This document shows, in pieces, positions 63,580 through 64,000 of a DNA stretch of 64,000 nt (the stretch's first letter is position 1; every line of letters begins with the position of its first letter). The DNA is from Lama guanicoe. Taxonomy: Eukaryota. The stretch covers positions 4,453,902 through 4,517,901 of the forward strand of contig MU053652.1 in assembly GCA_013239625.1 (NCBI GenBank). Direction: 5' to 3'. Position numbers and translations under genes: made by a program. The notes beneath the pieces were generated by a model. It made no database searches. It was not told where the DNA came from and saw nothing but the letters and a program-made list of their open reading frames with translations.

Positions 63580-63899
63580 GTACTGCAGGAGACGGGGGCT
63601 GGGGGGAAGCAAAGGACCCTGCTCCAGGATTGGAGCCAGGGACCAGGCTGTTGGGTTACAGTGGGCCCCTCAAGAGGAGTCTGGGGGATAGAAGTTTGGT
63701 GTTCTTTTGAATACTGAGGTGCAAAGCAACCCACACCAGAAGTCTGACCACCTGAGTCCCAAAGTCTACTTGACTCATCATCAGTCCAACCCGCCTCCCA
63801 GCCCTCTGCCCCTGTGCTTTCTCCACCCCTGTATTCTGCTCTGTGTTCTGTCAGGATGAGTGGGGCTATTTACTCCATTACCCTCACATTTCATCACAG

Positions 63900-64000
63900 G
63901 TCTAGTGACAGGCTGGTCACTGGCCTTCTTGGCCTTTGAGCGCTACATTATCATCTGTAAACCCTTCGGCAACTTCCGCTTCAGCTCCAAGCATGCAGTG
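63900..64000 (+). CDS. OPN1SW: OPN1SW exon 2 (truncated by window end)
   Basis: cacAG|[34 protein letters not shown]; ERY motif. Confidence 0.97.

Noticed and set aside
62972-63691. 239-aa ORF overlapping the OPN1SW promoter and exon 1 in another frame
   Set aside because: Starts upstream of the TATA box and has no recognisable protein features

Overview
Mammalian genomic DNA, probably camelid (a Vic-1-type tRNA-derived SINE at ~48127), covering the conserved OPN1SW-CCDC136-FLNC synteny block. Minus strand: the 5' part of FLNC (filamin C; coding exons 1-33, ATG 20350, running off the window start; every exon I traced is GT-AG bounded and in phase), the complete CCDC136 gene (coiled-coil, tail-anchored, SLMAP-like; ~26050-52800) and one intact tRNA-Pro(AGG) gene (56699-56770). 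Plus strand: the first two exons of the short-wave cone opsin OPN1SW (from 63225). The rest is introns, CpG islands, old repeats (L2, L1, MER20, MER2, MER5, LTR33-like) and a 140-N gap. The most unusual structure is in FLNC intron 8: a frame-preserving 63-nt proline-rich cassette exon behind a CU-rich acceptor, followed directly by a non-coding array of about nine degenerate ~37-nt units, most carrying a TGCCA...(T/A)GGCA inverted repeat. CCDC136 shows three candidate first coding exons, two alternative tail anchors, a run of homologous phase-0 exons and an internal [KR]SY repeat. All coordinates were read by hand. Family names and cross-species comparisons come from recall, not from a search.
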